DNA from: Lytechinus pictus
Taxonomy: Eukaryota
Reading direction: 5' to 3'
Assembly: GCF_037042905.1 (NCBI RefSeq)
Contig: NC_087250.1
Location: forward strand, 22,570,001-22,634,000
DNA length: 64,000 bases
Numbering within the stretch: position 1 is the stretch's first letter; each line of letters opens with the position of its first letter. Shown here piece by piece: positions 1 through 13,332 of this stretch. The notes under the pieces are model-generated. The model was not told the DNA's origin and ran no database searches. It saw nothing but the letters and a program-made list of their open reading frames with translations. The position numbers and the translations under genes were made by a program.

Positions 1-1000
1 CATTTCTGTCAAAATCATACACAATAGCTCCATAGTCACATCATGTTCGTCAGAGTGTACAGAATCTATCGCAACGTGTACAAAGTTAGTGGAGTGCTGG
101 GTTTCTGAGCGCCACATGAATATGCATGAAATTGCCAAATATCGATAATTTTCGATCGATACTTGAGCGATCCGATCACGAGCCAAGACAATTTCAAGTA
201 CTGTATGGAAAACGTGGCTGAATATCGTTATCGCTATCGAAACTTTTGCATACTTTTCGGCCGAATTATTTTTGTGACCACGTGATCATGACATGATCTG
301 CGCAGTGAACCAATCAGCGGTCTCTGAATCGCTGCCGTGAGCTGTGCGGAGCTTGGCTGGTTGTGTCGCACAGTCAATGGGCAACATTTCATAGTGGGCC
401 GATTGTATGAAAGGGTCTTTCATGTCGCCCATCTTTTATGATGGGATATGCAGGATATTTCTGAAATTTAAGATAAACAAATAAAATTTGTCAGCTAGCT
501 TTTAAATCAATTTTTATACAATTTCATGAGATATCACATGTTATAAACAATAATTTTGTTAACTTTAACGTACAAATAAAATATATTTGCAGGTAATTTA
601 TTGTAGATGCGTTTCACATGGCGCATCATAATAAATGGGCGACGCAAAAGACGGTTCTTGCAGAGACCCTTTCGTGCAATCAGCCCTTGGTGAATTCTTT
701 CAAGATAATGCAAAAAAATTAGTTTTAAAACAACAACAAAATAACAGTGCCTATTGACTTTCATGCAGCCATAAAATAAAAATACCATTTTAGCAACCTA
801 ATTTTTAACCTTTTTTCAATTCTTGCCCAGATTTACTTTCCAGGCCAAGAGCCAGATTCTGGAAACCAACCTTCAGACAAGCCTGTTCACCACGGAGTTA
901 GCTCCAATCTCCCTTCCATCACTCCCTGCTGACCTTTGACCTGACCCCCCGGTGAACTCCGTCCTCTTGTGAAGTAACGTACCACATCTGAAGAGCCAGC

Positions 1001-1082
1001 ATGTCTAGTCGAGGGAGCAAAGGGGTGGAGAGAGTTCCCATCCAGAGCACTGCGGGTGCTATACCCGTCAAAAATGACAAAG
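1001..1082 (+). CDS. MFAP1: MFAP1 (microfibrillar-associated protein 1, spliceosomal B-complex protein) coding exon 1
   Basis: Encodes MSSRGSKGVERVPIQSTAGAIPVKNDK-G, matching the conserved MFAP1 N-terminus (PIQSTAGAVPVRNEKG). Donor GTAAGT at 1083. Candidate upstream acceptors at 829-830 and 842-843 suggest a 5' UTR exon further upstream. Confidence 0.95.
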
Positions 1083-1091
1083 GTAAGTTCT

Positions 1092-1364
1092 GGGCCCCGT
1101 CTTACAAAGTATTGCATTCGATCCAAGCAACCACAACTATGGAAAGCCAGCGACGTCAACATCTAGCTTGTTTGTTTTTTTAATGATATTTTCTAGATAT
1201 GATGTATGTTCATGCATTCACTGTTCTCTTGACGATTCAGTGTGCTTCTCTTTGTTTTCAAAGGACATTGTGCAAATTTCCATAAGAAAAAATTATGGCA
1301 TTGATGGATTTTGATATACTTGAGGTTGATCGGATCAATTGTAACTCTTTGTAAGACAGGACCC
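1092..1364. mobile_element. Palindromic MITE, GGGCCCCGTCTTACAAAG family (Harbinger-like termini)
   Basis: Inverted termini GGGCCCCGTCTTACAAAG / CTTTGTAAGACAGGACCC. Related copies at ~22743-23005, 48227-48487 and 53271-53548. Confidence 0.75.
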
Positions 1365-1854
1365 TTGGCAGGTTGCATGAAGCTTAGTGATTGATCGTGG
1401 TGTTGATTTTTACAATTGATCATACACAATAATCAATGCAATTAATTGTAGAATCAGCCCTAAGATCAATTGCTATGCTTTATGTAACAGGGCCTAATTT
1501 TTTCTCTCTAAATTCAACCATATCAGAATCGGACAAAGGCACTAAAAGATTTTCAGACATATTTTGTACATGTAACACTATTTTCATTTATGGGTTGCTG
1601 TTTTTTAAATCATTAGGGTTTTTTTCATAATTTTTACCATTTAATGCAAACAAAGATCACCTGTATTCCAATGCTAATCGACTTCCAATCATAATATTGT
1701 AGGAGTGACACCATACATGTACTGTAGTGACAGAATTACCAGAAAATTGAGCCATTTTCATTGAACAAAAGGTTCAACAAACATGGATTATACCAATATT
1801 GTTATCATTTTAGGATTCAAAGATTTATTTTGGTAATCTGGCTGGGTCTCCTGA

Positions 1855-2436
1855 TGGAAATCAAAACCCAAGAAGAGAAGCAATCTTAATGGAAAGAGTG
1901 AAATGAGAGGAACAATATAGAGCAAGTTTCATCAAAATTGGTTATAAAATAAGAAAGTCTTGTTGTACTTTCTATGGGGATCCTCAAATTGGCAAACATG
2001 CTTCAAAATGGCTGATTTTGTGGACAACTCTCCATTTGTTTTGTACACAAATTTTCAAATTTTCCCCTTTATTTTACATATTTCACATCATCCCCGCCTG
2101 ACCTTGACATATGTGGTGTGAAATATATATTCCCATGATATATGTTATGCTCAGAACGGGGCAATATGCAATTTGAAAGATAATGGGTGAAATCTGAAAA
2201 ATTTTGTACAAAACAAATGGAGAGTTATCCACAAAATCAGCCATTGTGAAGCATGTTTGCCAATTTGAGGATCCCAGTAGAAAGTACAAAAATACTTTTT
2301 AAACATCCATAACTTCCTTAATTCACAACCGATTTTGATGAAACTTTTTTTAAATTATTCCTCTCATTTTATTATTCCTCTCATTTTTCTCTTTCGAATA
2401 AGATTGCTTCTCTTCTTGGGTTTTGGTTTCCTTTAA
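1855..2436. mobile_element. Palindromic MITE ending CCT-TTAA (Kolobok-like)
   Basis: Long inverted arms (GGAAATCAAAACCCAAGAAGAGAAGCAATC / GATTGCTTCTCTTCTTGGGTTTTGGTTTCC) followed by TTAA. A related decayed copy lies at ~32770-33170. Confidence 0.7.
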
Positions 2437-2607
2437 GTCTGACTAAAAATTTGCAGACAAAGGCAGGTTGCATGTAACTAAATTATTGTCACAACGGTCG
2501 GATCACGTTTGTTAGTATGGGTAGCACTTGAGCATGATTTTCACTCAGACTGAACAAACTAGTATCATGATTAACATTTTTGTGTTTTTTTGTTTGATAT
2601 TATTCAG

Positions 2608-2659
2608 GTGAAATTAGTATGCAGAAGGTAAAAGTCAAGAGATATGTGCCTGGTAAAAG
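2608..2659 (+). CDS. MFAP1: MFAP1 coding exon 2
   Basis: TTCAG acceptor; encodes (G)EISMQKVKVKRYVPGK(R); GTAAGT donor at 2660; phase consistent with neighbouring exons. Confidence 0.95.
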
Positions 2660-2741
2660 GTAAGTAAGAGTTTATTTATCTTTTTTTTGTGGGGGAAGAT
2701 TCTATATCATGGGTGTTCTGCCGAAGTAATGATGATCTTTA

Positions 2742-2981
2742 ATGATAATAATATGCATTTATATAGCGCCATCTATCTAGAAATAATCTATTCCAAGGCG
2801 CATTGATTATTATTATTACCCCAGCTTTAGCTCGAGCTGCCTTTCAGCGCTCAATGCATTTAAGTAATTCATCCTGCCGGGTACCTATACATCTCACCTG
2901 GGTTGAGTGCAGCACAATGTGGATAAGTTTGTTGCTGAAGGAAATTACACCATGGCTGGGATTTGAACCCACGACCCTCTC
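2742..2981 (-). mobile_element. 5'-truncated tRNA-derived SINE
   Basis: B-box-like GGGTTCAAATCCC on the minus strand (~2958-2970), an (AAT)-type tail, and a 12-bp TSD TGATGATCTTTA at 2730-2741 and 2982-2993. Confidence 0.8.
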
Positions 2982-3120
2982 TGATGATCTTTATGAAATA
3001 CCAAGTTGTTTAACCTATTGCATACTGGTACCATATGGACTATGTGCAATGCCTTTGGAGATTACAGAACTCGGTAGTCAGTGGATTAATAACCTCTTTT
3101 TATTCAATTTTTATTTTCAG

Positions 3121-3291
3121 ACCTGACTTTGCACCTCAGTTTAGTAGCGATGAGGATGAGGAGGCTGAGGGACCTTTTATTGGGAGACGCAAACAGCATT
3201 ATCAGTCGTCAAGGCTCGATGCTGAAGACGCGAGAATCAGGAGGTTACGCGTCAGGCAGGAAGATGATAGCGATGACGAAGAAGATGAGAG
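3121..3291 (+). CDS. MFAP1: MFAP1 coding exon 3
   Basis: TTTTCAG acceptor; (R)PDFAPQFSSDEDEE...RIRRLRVRQEDDSDDEEDE(R); GTGGGT donor at 3292. Confidence 0.93.
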
Positions 3292-3577
3292 GTGGGTACT
3301 GTGCGAAGTCATGGGGGAAGCAGGCATTGCTCGGTTTTTATTCAGTACAAGAATAATTAATGATTATTCTTGGACTGAGTTCCTTCTTTCAATTTTTTTT
3401 GCATCAGTACGACGGACTTGAATGACAAACAGACTATTTTGTGGAAATAAATACCCGGTAAAGCTTTTTTGCAAATTGTGTACGAGTTGATCTGCCCATG
3501 ATTCTGCTTTTTTTTCTCTCTCTTAAAAGTCTGCCCAAGGGAGGCAGGAAAGATGGTCTTTATGAGCAGGTGCCCTT

Positions 3578-3684
3578 TATAGATAGGTTTCTATTATACA
3601 GTAAAAGATTGATTGGAAGATGATTTCTATTATAGATAGGTTTCTATTATACAGTAAAAGATTGATTGGAAGATGATTTCTATT
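3578..3684 (+). repeat. 53-bp tandem repeat: two intact units, third unit split by three insertions
   Basis: TATAGATAGGTTTCTATTATACAGTAAAAGATTGATTGGAAGATGATTTCTAT at 3578 and 3631. Fragments of the third unit at 10063-10085, 10270-10281 and 18698-18720. Confidence 0.9.
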
Positions 3685-6600
3685 TAGTAGGGGAGAGAGA
3701 TAGGGTTCCCATGCACCCGAATGATATATTTTCCTAACCTACATTTTTGTAATCCTTAAGATGTCTAGTGAATGAATTTTGATGTTCCCAAAACGAAATA
3801 TTGTCCCATGGGGTTCAAATTCAAGATGGCGTCCAAAATGGCCGCCATATTCATGGGATTTGGATTTTCGTACATAGATTCCGACACAAACATTCATTTG
3901 CCACAAAATTAGTGTCATATGAAAGATAAATAAATTTTCTACAAGTTGATACTATTCATGGGTGATGAAATGGTAATTCGGCTGAGATTTTAATGAGAAA
4001 AGTACAATTTTGAGAATTTTTTCCAAAAAATTGAAAATTTGTGAAATACATGATTTACCATAAATCTAAGGAAAGTAAAGGAATCGCCTCGAAAACTTTT
4101 AGAAAACTTTTCTAATATACAATTATTAAGTGGACGAAATTCCAAACTGATATCATTATTAGTCACAAACTTATTATGTCTCAAACTTGAAAATTCAATT
4201 TTCAGAAATTTAGCTTTTTTACTGCATATCGGAGACTTGGATATATTAATGTATATTGTCACATTTTCAACCCAGAAAATGGAAAAAGGCCTTCATAAAA
4301 TGCGAAATTATCTATTATTTTGTTGGTAGAATTTACTACAATCCCTTTATTCTTCGATTTCAAGTCGGTTGATAGTTTTTAAAAGAATTAAGACTTTTGG
4401 CCAAAATTTGTATGTTTTTGGTAAAAAAAAATTGCACATGCACTGTTATTGATCAGATTTATTATGAATATCAGTAATAAATGCACAATCTCAACATTCG
4501 ATATGAAAGAGGATGTATCAACGAGAATATTTGCAGGCTTCATGCCACCATAAGTATCTTCATTTGCTTCAGATAGAAGGAAAATATGCTGAATGTATTG
4601 AGCGATTTTGCGCTAAAGTGAGGCCAAAAAGCAACCTTAGTGTGGCAGTCACATCCATGAAAACGATTGCAAAGTGATGAATGGTATGTCATTCAAATAA
4701 TACAATAGCTTGGATCAGCCTCTCGCATCGATTGTGTAGGTATGACTAACAAACCGTAATGTCCAGTATGTAATGTGCATGGTAATAGAAATGTATCTGA
4801 TTCAGAAGGATGCAAAGACAAAAAAGGTGTTTCTGTTACATTATAAAGAAATTTATTAAATATTGTCTCTTGGAAACAGTTATAAGATACACTAGCACTG
4901 CAGGTAATAAAGATGAAGTTCTTACACATCAATACACAGCTCAAAGGAATATGTCGAAGCTACCCCCACTTTATCTGTATTTTGAATCTATGACCTGTAT
5001 TCCTAAATCAGGTTTATCTTCGAACACAAAATTAGTGTCATATGAAATATGAATAAATTTTCTACAAGTTGGTATTATTCATAGGTGATGAAAAGGTAAT
5101 TCGGCTGATCTTAATAAGAAAAGTGCATTTTGAAATTGTTTTCCCCAAAAATGAAAATTTGCAAAATACTTGATTTACCATGTATCTAAGAAAAATAAAG
5201 GAATTACCTTGAAACTTTCTAGAAAACTTTCCTAATATACAATTATTAAGAAATTGATTTTTTTACTGCATTTTACAGACTTAAATTACTATATTGTCAT
5301 TATCTTTACCACCCCTTTTCACCACATTGATAAGTTTGTCTAACCTTCACCTTTTCAATCCTGGAGTCGTATACTGAATGAATTCATTTTGATGTTCTGA
5401 AAACATGAATATTGTCCCTTGGCCGCCACTTTGACGGCCATCTTGGATTCTGACAAAAGAACTCTTACAAATATTTTGAGGGTGTTCTGAGTATGAGAAA
5501 TTAATTGAGTGGGTTATCTTTATTCTTTACAATTTAAATCAAACAATTCTGATACATTAAAGTGCCAAAAATGACAAAAACCTCTTTCTGTTGACCAATG
5601 TAAAGAAGGGGAAGGCATTTTTGGAACATTGAGATGTGTATGGCTGTGTTATTAATCTATTTAATATTTTCAAAAGTAGAAAATGTGGTGACGAATCAGT
5701 ACCACGGAAAAGGCCTCCTGTAAATTGCATTTTACAACTTCCAACAATTAACTTATATCATGTCAAAATGCAAGCTTTATGGTTCTTAGGGAGGACTTTG
5801 ACAAACAGGCAGTCAAGCTTAGAAGTCATTGGCAGGCTCATGTGCCACATTTGGGCGATCTTTTTGAGCTAAAACTTTGTGCCAATGTACGTGATCTTGA
5901 AAGATATATTCCTGATCCAGAAGTTGTAAACTTTGGACTGGAAAAGCAATTTTGCTTGCTGCAAAATTCAAGAGAATGTTATTCTCTTTGAGAAAAAAAA
6001 CATGATATTTTCTTGGTTGCCATCCGGGCAACCATGATGGCAGTTTTGGTTGCCAACGTCACCCGGGCGACCGCTAATTTCGATTCCTGCTTTGGAGTGG
6101 GGATGGTGGATGGAATTTCCCTCAGGTGTGATCCGATCCTTCTCAAGATTCCTCCGTTTGGCTTTGATACTTCGTAAGACCTGGGTTCCTCACTGGCTGT
6201 CCTACATGCAGAGGTGGTAGATCAGAACTTGCATGTCGATAATGCACTTCTTTCACCTTGCCTTGCCTATTCAAGAGAAAATCAGTGGCAGTAGAATCTC
6301 TCGAGAAATAGTGACTTGATAACGTGGTTCTGATGGGTCTACCAAATAACATTTCTGCTGGTGATCTAAAGTAACTTTCGACTGGTGTTGCTCTCAGGTT
6401 CATCATTGCTAGTTGACTGTCTTGGCCAATCTGAGAACATTTTGTACGAACCATCCTCTGAGCTAGTCCGTTTGATCTTGGATAGTGTGGAGAAGAAGTA
6501 ATGTGCTTGATATTCGACTTGCTTGATGTTTCTGGCATGTTTCACTCTGCTTTATCAACTGGTCGATGTACTCGTTGATGTTTGACAAGAACACTGTCTC

Positions 6601-9600
6601 ACGAGCAAGTCAGTTGGTACATTCGATTCCCATGTGTCCTAGGTGAAGCTGTCCAAGGATATCATTCCTCAGTGACTTCGGTACGATGACTTGACTTCCC
6701 GTGAAGAGTATTCCATGTGATAATCCGATGTTATCTCTATACGACCAGTACTGCATAAGGGATTTCAATAACTCTTGGATTGTTTCAGGCCAACTCTTAG
6801 TAAATATCTGCCATAATGGTCTAGGTATTGGATCATTAGCTGTTTCTCTCTGAAGTTCTGTCGTCTTGTGTTTTCCGAAGAGTAATAGGTCGATCGCATA
6901 TGCGAATCTTTTTCCTAAGAGCAGATGGATTTAACTCTGACACCTAACGGTACATGCTTTCTTGGGATTACAAAGTCAACTCAATGAATCGGAAAGAATC
7001 ATGTTGTTTCCAGGTCGGTAATTGACTTGAATCCTGTTTCCTTGGACTTTGATTATAAGCGATCGCTGTAGATGCAGCAGTGCACTTGTAAGAGTTTTTT
7101 CCATATAATTTCCAGTGGTCTGTGATTGTTTCACTTTGAATTCCTTCCCGAACAGATATGTATGGAAGCGTTTGATACCAAACATTAGGACTAAGATTTC
7201 CCTTTATGTTTGAGTAGTTGGACTGTGCAGTGGAAAGACTTTGGATGCAACCGCAGCAGGTTACCATCCTGAAGCAAGGCATGCTCCTAGATCTTTCATT
7301 GATGTATCCATCTCGACAGGCCTCTCTCTCTGGGTCATAGAACTGTAGGCATGCACCTGATGATACTGCACATTTCATGCTGTTCAAGGAATGTTCATGA
7401 TCATCGTCCCAGATGAACGGTACTTCCTTGTGGAGAAGTTATCGAAGTGGTGCTGACTTTTCCCACAAATTAGGAATATATGCTGCTAGGTATTTGAACA
7501 ATATTAGGCATTTCTGAACATCACCCTCTTCGTCCTTGGGTAATAGTACTTGGGTAATGTGTTGGCTTCTACCTGGCTAGGATCTGAGTAGATATCTGAT
7601 CTAGTGCACATGGAGCCAAAGAAGTTGATAGGTCTCTTGATTGTGCACTTGGAGCTGCTGAACACTGAGCCTTCTTGCTTTGCCGTCTCCATGAACAAGT
7701 ACCGATTCGTGTCGTGTTGATCTTGTCCTTCAATAATTAATGTGCTGCACTTGCGTGGTGCGTCTATGGTAGGTTTAGCGATGTCCTTGACATGAAGCAT
7801 CGTTTTTTCCTTCGAAACTACCAATAGCGTCGAACTGCTCTGGAAATGCTTGTTCTAGATCCTCATCACTTGTGATAAGTATTTGTTCAGGTTTAGGGTT
7901 AGGTGTTGGTGTGTCATAATTGTACATTGAGTAAATTGTGATAATTCCAAGGTCAGTGCAACCTAACAACCCAAGGATAGCTGAAACCTTGACATCTGGT
8001 ACATAGAATGTCTATGTTGACCATTTTGGACTGTAACATTTTATGTCGAATTAATGTACCTTTACATTTAATTGGAATCTCACCATAAGCTTCAAGTTTT
8101 ACTGTTTCACTAATGATTCCCACTTTGAACTTATATTTCCTTGGCGTACGGACTATGATAGTGTTATTACTTGCACTTGAGTCAATTCTTAGGTAGAGCT
8201 TATGTTACCCGGCTCTGTGGGCATATGTAAATGTTAGCAAATGCTACTGTGCCTTCTGAATTTACAACTGTGTGTGGTCCATTGGTATGTATTATGTCAA
8301 ATTATGCAAAGTTGGATTGACTGCCCTTAGACTGATAATGATCAGGATCTGTGATAGTATCGTGTGATGTGTCCATTTCGCTGATTGGTTAGTTCTTTCG
8401 ACGTTTTGATTTTGATCGTGATTTCTTTTGTTTTGGTAAACGACTATCACATACCATGTCAGATCTTCGGTCATCTGAACTACGTTATGGTTTTCAACTA
8501 TGATCACTTTTTGACTGACGACAGAATTACCCCTAATGATTTTTACTGTGGAGAGCAAATTCCATTAATATTGACCCCCAAATGGTTCATAGTTATCTGA
8601 GAATGATAATTGAGGTTTTTTCCTTCATTATGAAAGCAAACGGAACAGAGTTGTAAACATAAGAGATATACAATAAACAGAATATTGGCTCTTCATAAAT
8701 TTAGAAAAGAGTTAGAACGTGTTGGAAAATAAACCTGATTTTGGAATACAGGCCATAGATTCAAAATACAGATAAGGTGGGGGTAGCTTTGACATTTTCC
8801 TTTCAGTTATGTATTGATATGTCAGAACTTCATCTCTATTACCTGCAGTGCTAGTGTATCTTATAAATGTTTCCAAAAGACTTCAATAAATAGATTTCTT
8901 TATGATGTAACAGAAACACCTTTTTTCCCTTTACATCCTTCTGAATCAGATACATTTCTATTACCATGCACATTCTATACTGTACATTACGGTGTGTTAG
9001 TCATACCAACACAATCGATGCGAGAGGCTGATCAGAGCTATTGTATTATTTGAATGACATACCATTCATCACTTTGCAATCGTTTTCATGGATGTGACTG
9101 CCACACTAAGGTTGCTTTTTGGCCTCACTTTAGCGCAAAATCGCTCAATACATTCAGCATATTTTCCTTCTATCTGAAGCAAATGAAGATACTTATGGTG
9201 GTATGAAGCCTGCAAATATTCTCGTTGATACATCTTCTTTCATATCGAATGTTGAGATTGTGCATTTATTACTGATATTCATAATAAATCTGATCAATAA
9301 CAGTGCATGTGCAATTTTTTTTTACCAAAAACATACAAATTTTGGCCAAAAGTCTTAATTCTCTTAAAAACTATATCAACCGACTTGAAATCGAAGAATA
9401 AAGGGATTGTAGTAAATTCTACCAACAAAATAATAGATAATTTCGCATTTTATGAAGGCCTTTTTCCATTTTCTGGGTTGAAAATGTGACAATATACATT
9501 AATATATCCAAGTCTCCGATATGCAGTAAAAAAGCTAAATTTCTGAAAATTGAATTTTCAAGTTTGAGACATAATAAGTTTGTGACTAATAATGATATCA

Positions 9601-10062
9601 GTTTGGAATTTCGTCCACTTAATAATTGTATATTAGAAAAGTTTTCTAAAAGTTTTCGAGGCGATTCCTTTATTTTCCTTAGATTTATGGTAAATCATGT
9701 ATTTCATAAATTTTCAATTTTTTGGAAAAAATTCTCAAAATTGTACTTTTCTCATTAAAATCTCAGCCGAATTACCATTTCATCACCCATGAATAGTATC
9801 AACTTGTAGAAAATTTATTTATCTTTCATATGACACTAATTTTGTGGCAAATGAATGGTTGTGTCGGAATCTATGTACGAAAATCCAAATCCCATGAATA
9901 TGGCGGCCATTTGGACGCCATCTTGAATTTGAACCCCATGGGACAATATTTCGTTTTGGGAACATCAAAATTCATTCACTAGACATCTTAAGGATTACAA
10001 AAATGTAGGTTAGAAAAATATATCATTCGGGTGCATGGGAACCCTACCTCCCTACCAGACTA
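3685..10062. mobile_element. Non-autonomous DNA transposon with ~1.3-kb TIRs, TAG...CTA termini and 3-bp TSD (Academ-like)
   Basis: Arms 3701-5027 and 8719-10046 are reverse complements; ORFs 3990-4262(-) and 9486-9758(+) differ by one residue. ATT is duplicated at 3682-84 and 10063-65, and the empty site restores the 53-bp repeat. Superfamily assigned from termini and TSD only. Confidence 0.75.
6100..8560 (-). pseudogene. Decayed Ty3/Gypsy LTR-retrotransposon pol fragment (protease, partial RT, RNase H, integrase)
   Basis: Minus-strand motifs: protease-like LYLRIDSSASNNT (~8160-8200), RNase H QSNYSNI and FGIKRFHTYLFGKEF, integrase Zn finger IVPKSLRNDILGQLHLGHMGIE, and integrase core HITSSPHYPRSNGLAQRMVRT. 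Domain order is Gypsy-type. Many stops, frameshifts and deletions; no LTRs seen. Confidence 0.9.
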
Positions 10063-10085
10063 ATTATAGATAGGTTTCTATTATA

Positions 10086-10269
10086 CAGGGGTGTGAGAGT
10101 TCAGATTTTTATCTGATTTCAGATTTTTTTGTTTTGATTTTCAGCTTAATTTCAGCTTATTTTTGGCCTTCCTCTGTACAAAAAGTATGGGAGCTCTTTC
10201 TATTTCAGACTTTTTCAACACTCTTCGGCTTTTTTCAGATCTTTTTATTTGTGACCACTCACACCCCTG
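10086..10269. mobile_element. 184-bp MITE, TIR CAGGGGTGTGAG, 6-bp TSD ATTATA (hAT-like)
   Basis: TIR pair is visible. A near-identical copy lies at 51595-51777 and a diverged copy at 31092-31263. Confidence 0.85.
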
Positions 10270-10621
10270 ATTATACAGTAAGGCCCGAATTCACAAAGGT
10301 CGACTAAAGTTATACCGGGGTTAAATTTAGTCGGGGGTTAACTAATACCGGGGTATAAAGTTAGTCCACCGCGCTATTCACAAACGGTGGACTAACTAAT
10401 CCATGGACTAACTTTAGCACCCGGTGCTAAATTTAACCCACGGCTGAGTTATACCCCGGTGATAACTTTAGTCCATGGATTAAATCATGGACTGAAGCTA
10501 GCATACTATTATAACACTGCACTGAGCATGCTCAGTGTAATAAAGCAGTACTGAGCATGCTCAGTGCCGTATTTGAGAGTTTCGTCTGCTAGGGCCATAT
10601 GAAACGTCGCCATTGCATCAC

Positions 10622-10747
10622 ATGAGTTAGGAAGCAGAACTCAACCCCAAAATCATGTATCAGCAGCATGAACTTGAATTCCTTAGCAATGAGGTGTTGA
10701 CAACGAACATTGTCATTACTTATTTGTTAATATTTACCAACTTAGGT
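10622..10747 (+). pseudogene. Possible remnant of the Harbinger Myb/SANT-like partner gene (first exon)
   Basis: ATG, then an in-frame stop, then ...PKIMYQQHELEFLSNEV...FTN, which resembles the first helix of Myb/SANT (NAIF1-type) domains. Position next to the left TIR fits the two-gene Harbinger layout. Similarity is weak. Confidence 0.3.
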
Positions 10748-12751
10748 TCGGACTAACGTTAGCGCTGCCTGCTTGCGAGCTAGCTCGACTGCGCCTGCAG
10801 CATCGTACCATATCGAGAAGTTCAAACTCCGTCAATGTACGGTTACCGTGCGATAGGTGCACTGCAACGTGAAGAAGTTTTAACCTTTTTTAGACAGCTG
10901 CAGCAGCCGGCTTTTTCGATGGGGTTTTACACATTTTTTTTCAATTCCTTATTTCTCAATTGGTTAGTGGAGGCAACGGAGTCCAGCGGAACAATGACAG
11001 AGACCAAAGTTTTTTTTGTTTTTTTTGCCTTTTTGGTCTAATACTAGTATGAAGTCCAGATCGATCGCCATCGTATTACAGTGCAGTTAGACGTGGATCT
11101 AGCTAGTAGGCCTATAATAGCGTGCCGTAACTGCGTTTTAGGCCTGAGGAAGTTACTTAGATCTACGGAAAAATAAATCTAACGTTACACGCCAATTACA
11201 TCTAGATCAAGTGCACATTTGTTGAATTAAATCATAACCAATCTGATTGTATAATCCTACCTACCTTATCGTAGTCCGGTGGAACTTTGCCCGGGGCTAG
11301 CTTTGATAGAAAATGGAAATATGGAATTGAATCTTTGTTTGGGTTATGTACTTGGTAAATGGTGGGGCCAGCGTCGCGTGGGGCGAAGCGACATGACCTT
11401 GATCTGATCTCGCGTCCACAAGCGCAGCGTGCCCCTTTTCCTTTCCCTCAGAATTGACTTTCCCATTCGAAGTAATATTTTCAATTCATTTATTTATTCT
11501 TGTCTTTTTATATGGTGTATCTCAATAAATTGATTTTAAAAAAAAATTAAGCGAGCAAAATTTTTTTAAATTGACATTAAAATCCTAGTTTGTGTTAGAT
11601 TTTCACATAATATCAAAAAAATATTCTATTTCACCCTCGTTTCTTTTATCTTTTTCTTGGTCGTGAATTTTTTTTTTTTTTTTTTTTTTTTTGGGGGGGG
11701 GGGGCAAGAGCCCCAAGCCCCCCCCCCTCCCTATTCTATACGTCAGTTCTACCAACATCTCTAAAAGGAGCTGAGATACTCATTAGTAGCTCCTCCACAC
11801 TCACTGGTCACTCTTGCAATCGCATTATTCCCAACCTTAACCTATATACTCAAGTTTGCTTTGGAGGGGGGGGGGGGGGGTCAAGCTATTCACCATGATT
11901 GCAGTATTTTTTTCCTTAAAGGAAACACCATTTCCTTATCAGAAAAATAAAGACTTATCAATCCTGGATAAGTGTAAAGGGTATTCCACCCAATCATAAT
12001 AATATATTTGAAATTGGGGAAATATCAGTGGGCTAAATATGGCATATCAGGTAAAATAAAAACTTGCGAGCAAGGAAAAATATTCAAAATTTTAATATCA
12101 AATATCCAATTTTGTGATAGATTTGACATAATATTCAGAAAATAATGTGTTTCACCTTTCTTTCTTTTCTTGGTAATATATATATATATTTTTTTTTTTT
12201 GGGGGGGGGGACTTTTTTCCATGGTCAGTGGTCCATGGTCCGCCCTCTATACTTTCAAACTGAAGGGACTAAATTTCCTAAAATAAAATAACTTTTAAAC
12301 AAAGATTTATGCTATAACACCACTGGCCATTCTCTCATTGACACATGTAGCTACCTTTACTCCTTTCATTTCTCATTCGCTTCCATCACATGTACATTAT
12401 TGTGCATCTTAACGTGCAATACTTTTCTCTCAATTAAATTCTATTATAAATAATTTTGCATTATACCCTACAACAAGTTTCTTAAAGTATATCCTCCTGC
12501 ACAAGCAAGCAATCACTTGACTTTCTTCATAAACAACCTTAACCAACATACCATTACCACCACCCTGCCTTACACATAACCTTAATCTCTCCTGAGCACA
12601 ATTTTTATCTGAGAGTAAATAAAATAAGTCTTTCTTATATAAATTTATTTTTTGCCTCCTGCAAGAACGATGAACCATGCAGCATATGGACAGAATTGAT
12701 AAAAGAATTTCATTTTTGTTTTCTCCCGACACAATTACTTGAAAACGATAT

Positions 12752-13332
12752 AAAAGGACAAGTCCACCCCCACAAAGTTGATTTGAATAAAAAGAGAAAA
12801 ACCCAACAAGCGTAACACTGAAAATTTCATCAAAATCTGATGTAAAGATATTAAGTTATGACATTTTTAAAGTTTTGCTTGACCACACACTTATATGTAC
12901 ATCCCAGTAGGCATGCAAACTATTTCTTTTTATTCTACTAGATGAATTATTCAAATTTTCTCTTCATTGTCAAGTGAAACCAAGATTAGTCCCCTCCCCC
13001 CCCCCCTCCCCGAACATGTGGGATTTGCATTATTTTAATACTATAATTTTGGTTTAATCAAGTTGGCCCTCAATGTCAAATCTGTAAAAAATGAAATGTT
13101 GTACAATTCAAGCAACAAAAACAAAAGAAATAGTGAAGGACGTCATTGACTGTCTTATTTGCATGTCACTGATCTGTGCATATAACTGTGTTGTGAAAAA
13201 TAAGCCAAATCTAAAAATGTCATAACATTCCTATTTTACAACCGATTTTGATGAAATTTTCAGCATTATGCTCTGTTGATTTTTTTCTATTAATTCAAAT
13301 CAAATTTTTTCTGGGGAGGACTTGACCTTTAA
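12752..13332. mobile_element. Kolobok-like MITE (AGGACAAGTCCACCCC family) nested in the Harbinger element
   Basis: Termini AGGACAAGTCCACCCC / GGGGAGGACTTGACCT-TTAA. Same family as 55568-56170, ~42295-42932 and ~56744-57362. Confidence 0.75.

Noticed and set aside
6100..8560. Active or domesticated retrotransposon gene
   Set aside because: Multiple stops and frameshifts; the RT catalytic core and part of the integrase appear deleted; no LTRs.
3990..9758. Near-identical 90-aa ORFs on opposite strands (3990-4262 and 9486-9758) as a duplicated gene
   Set aside because: They are chance ORFs within the two arms of the TIR and show no protein-like features.
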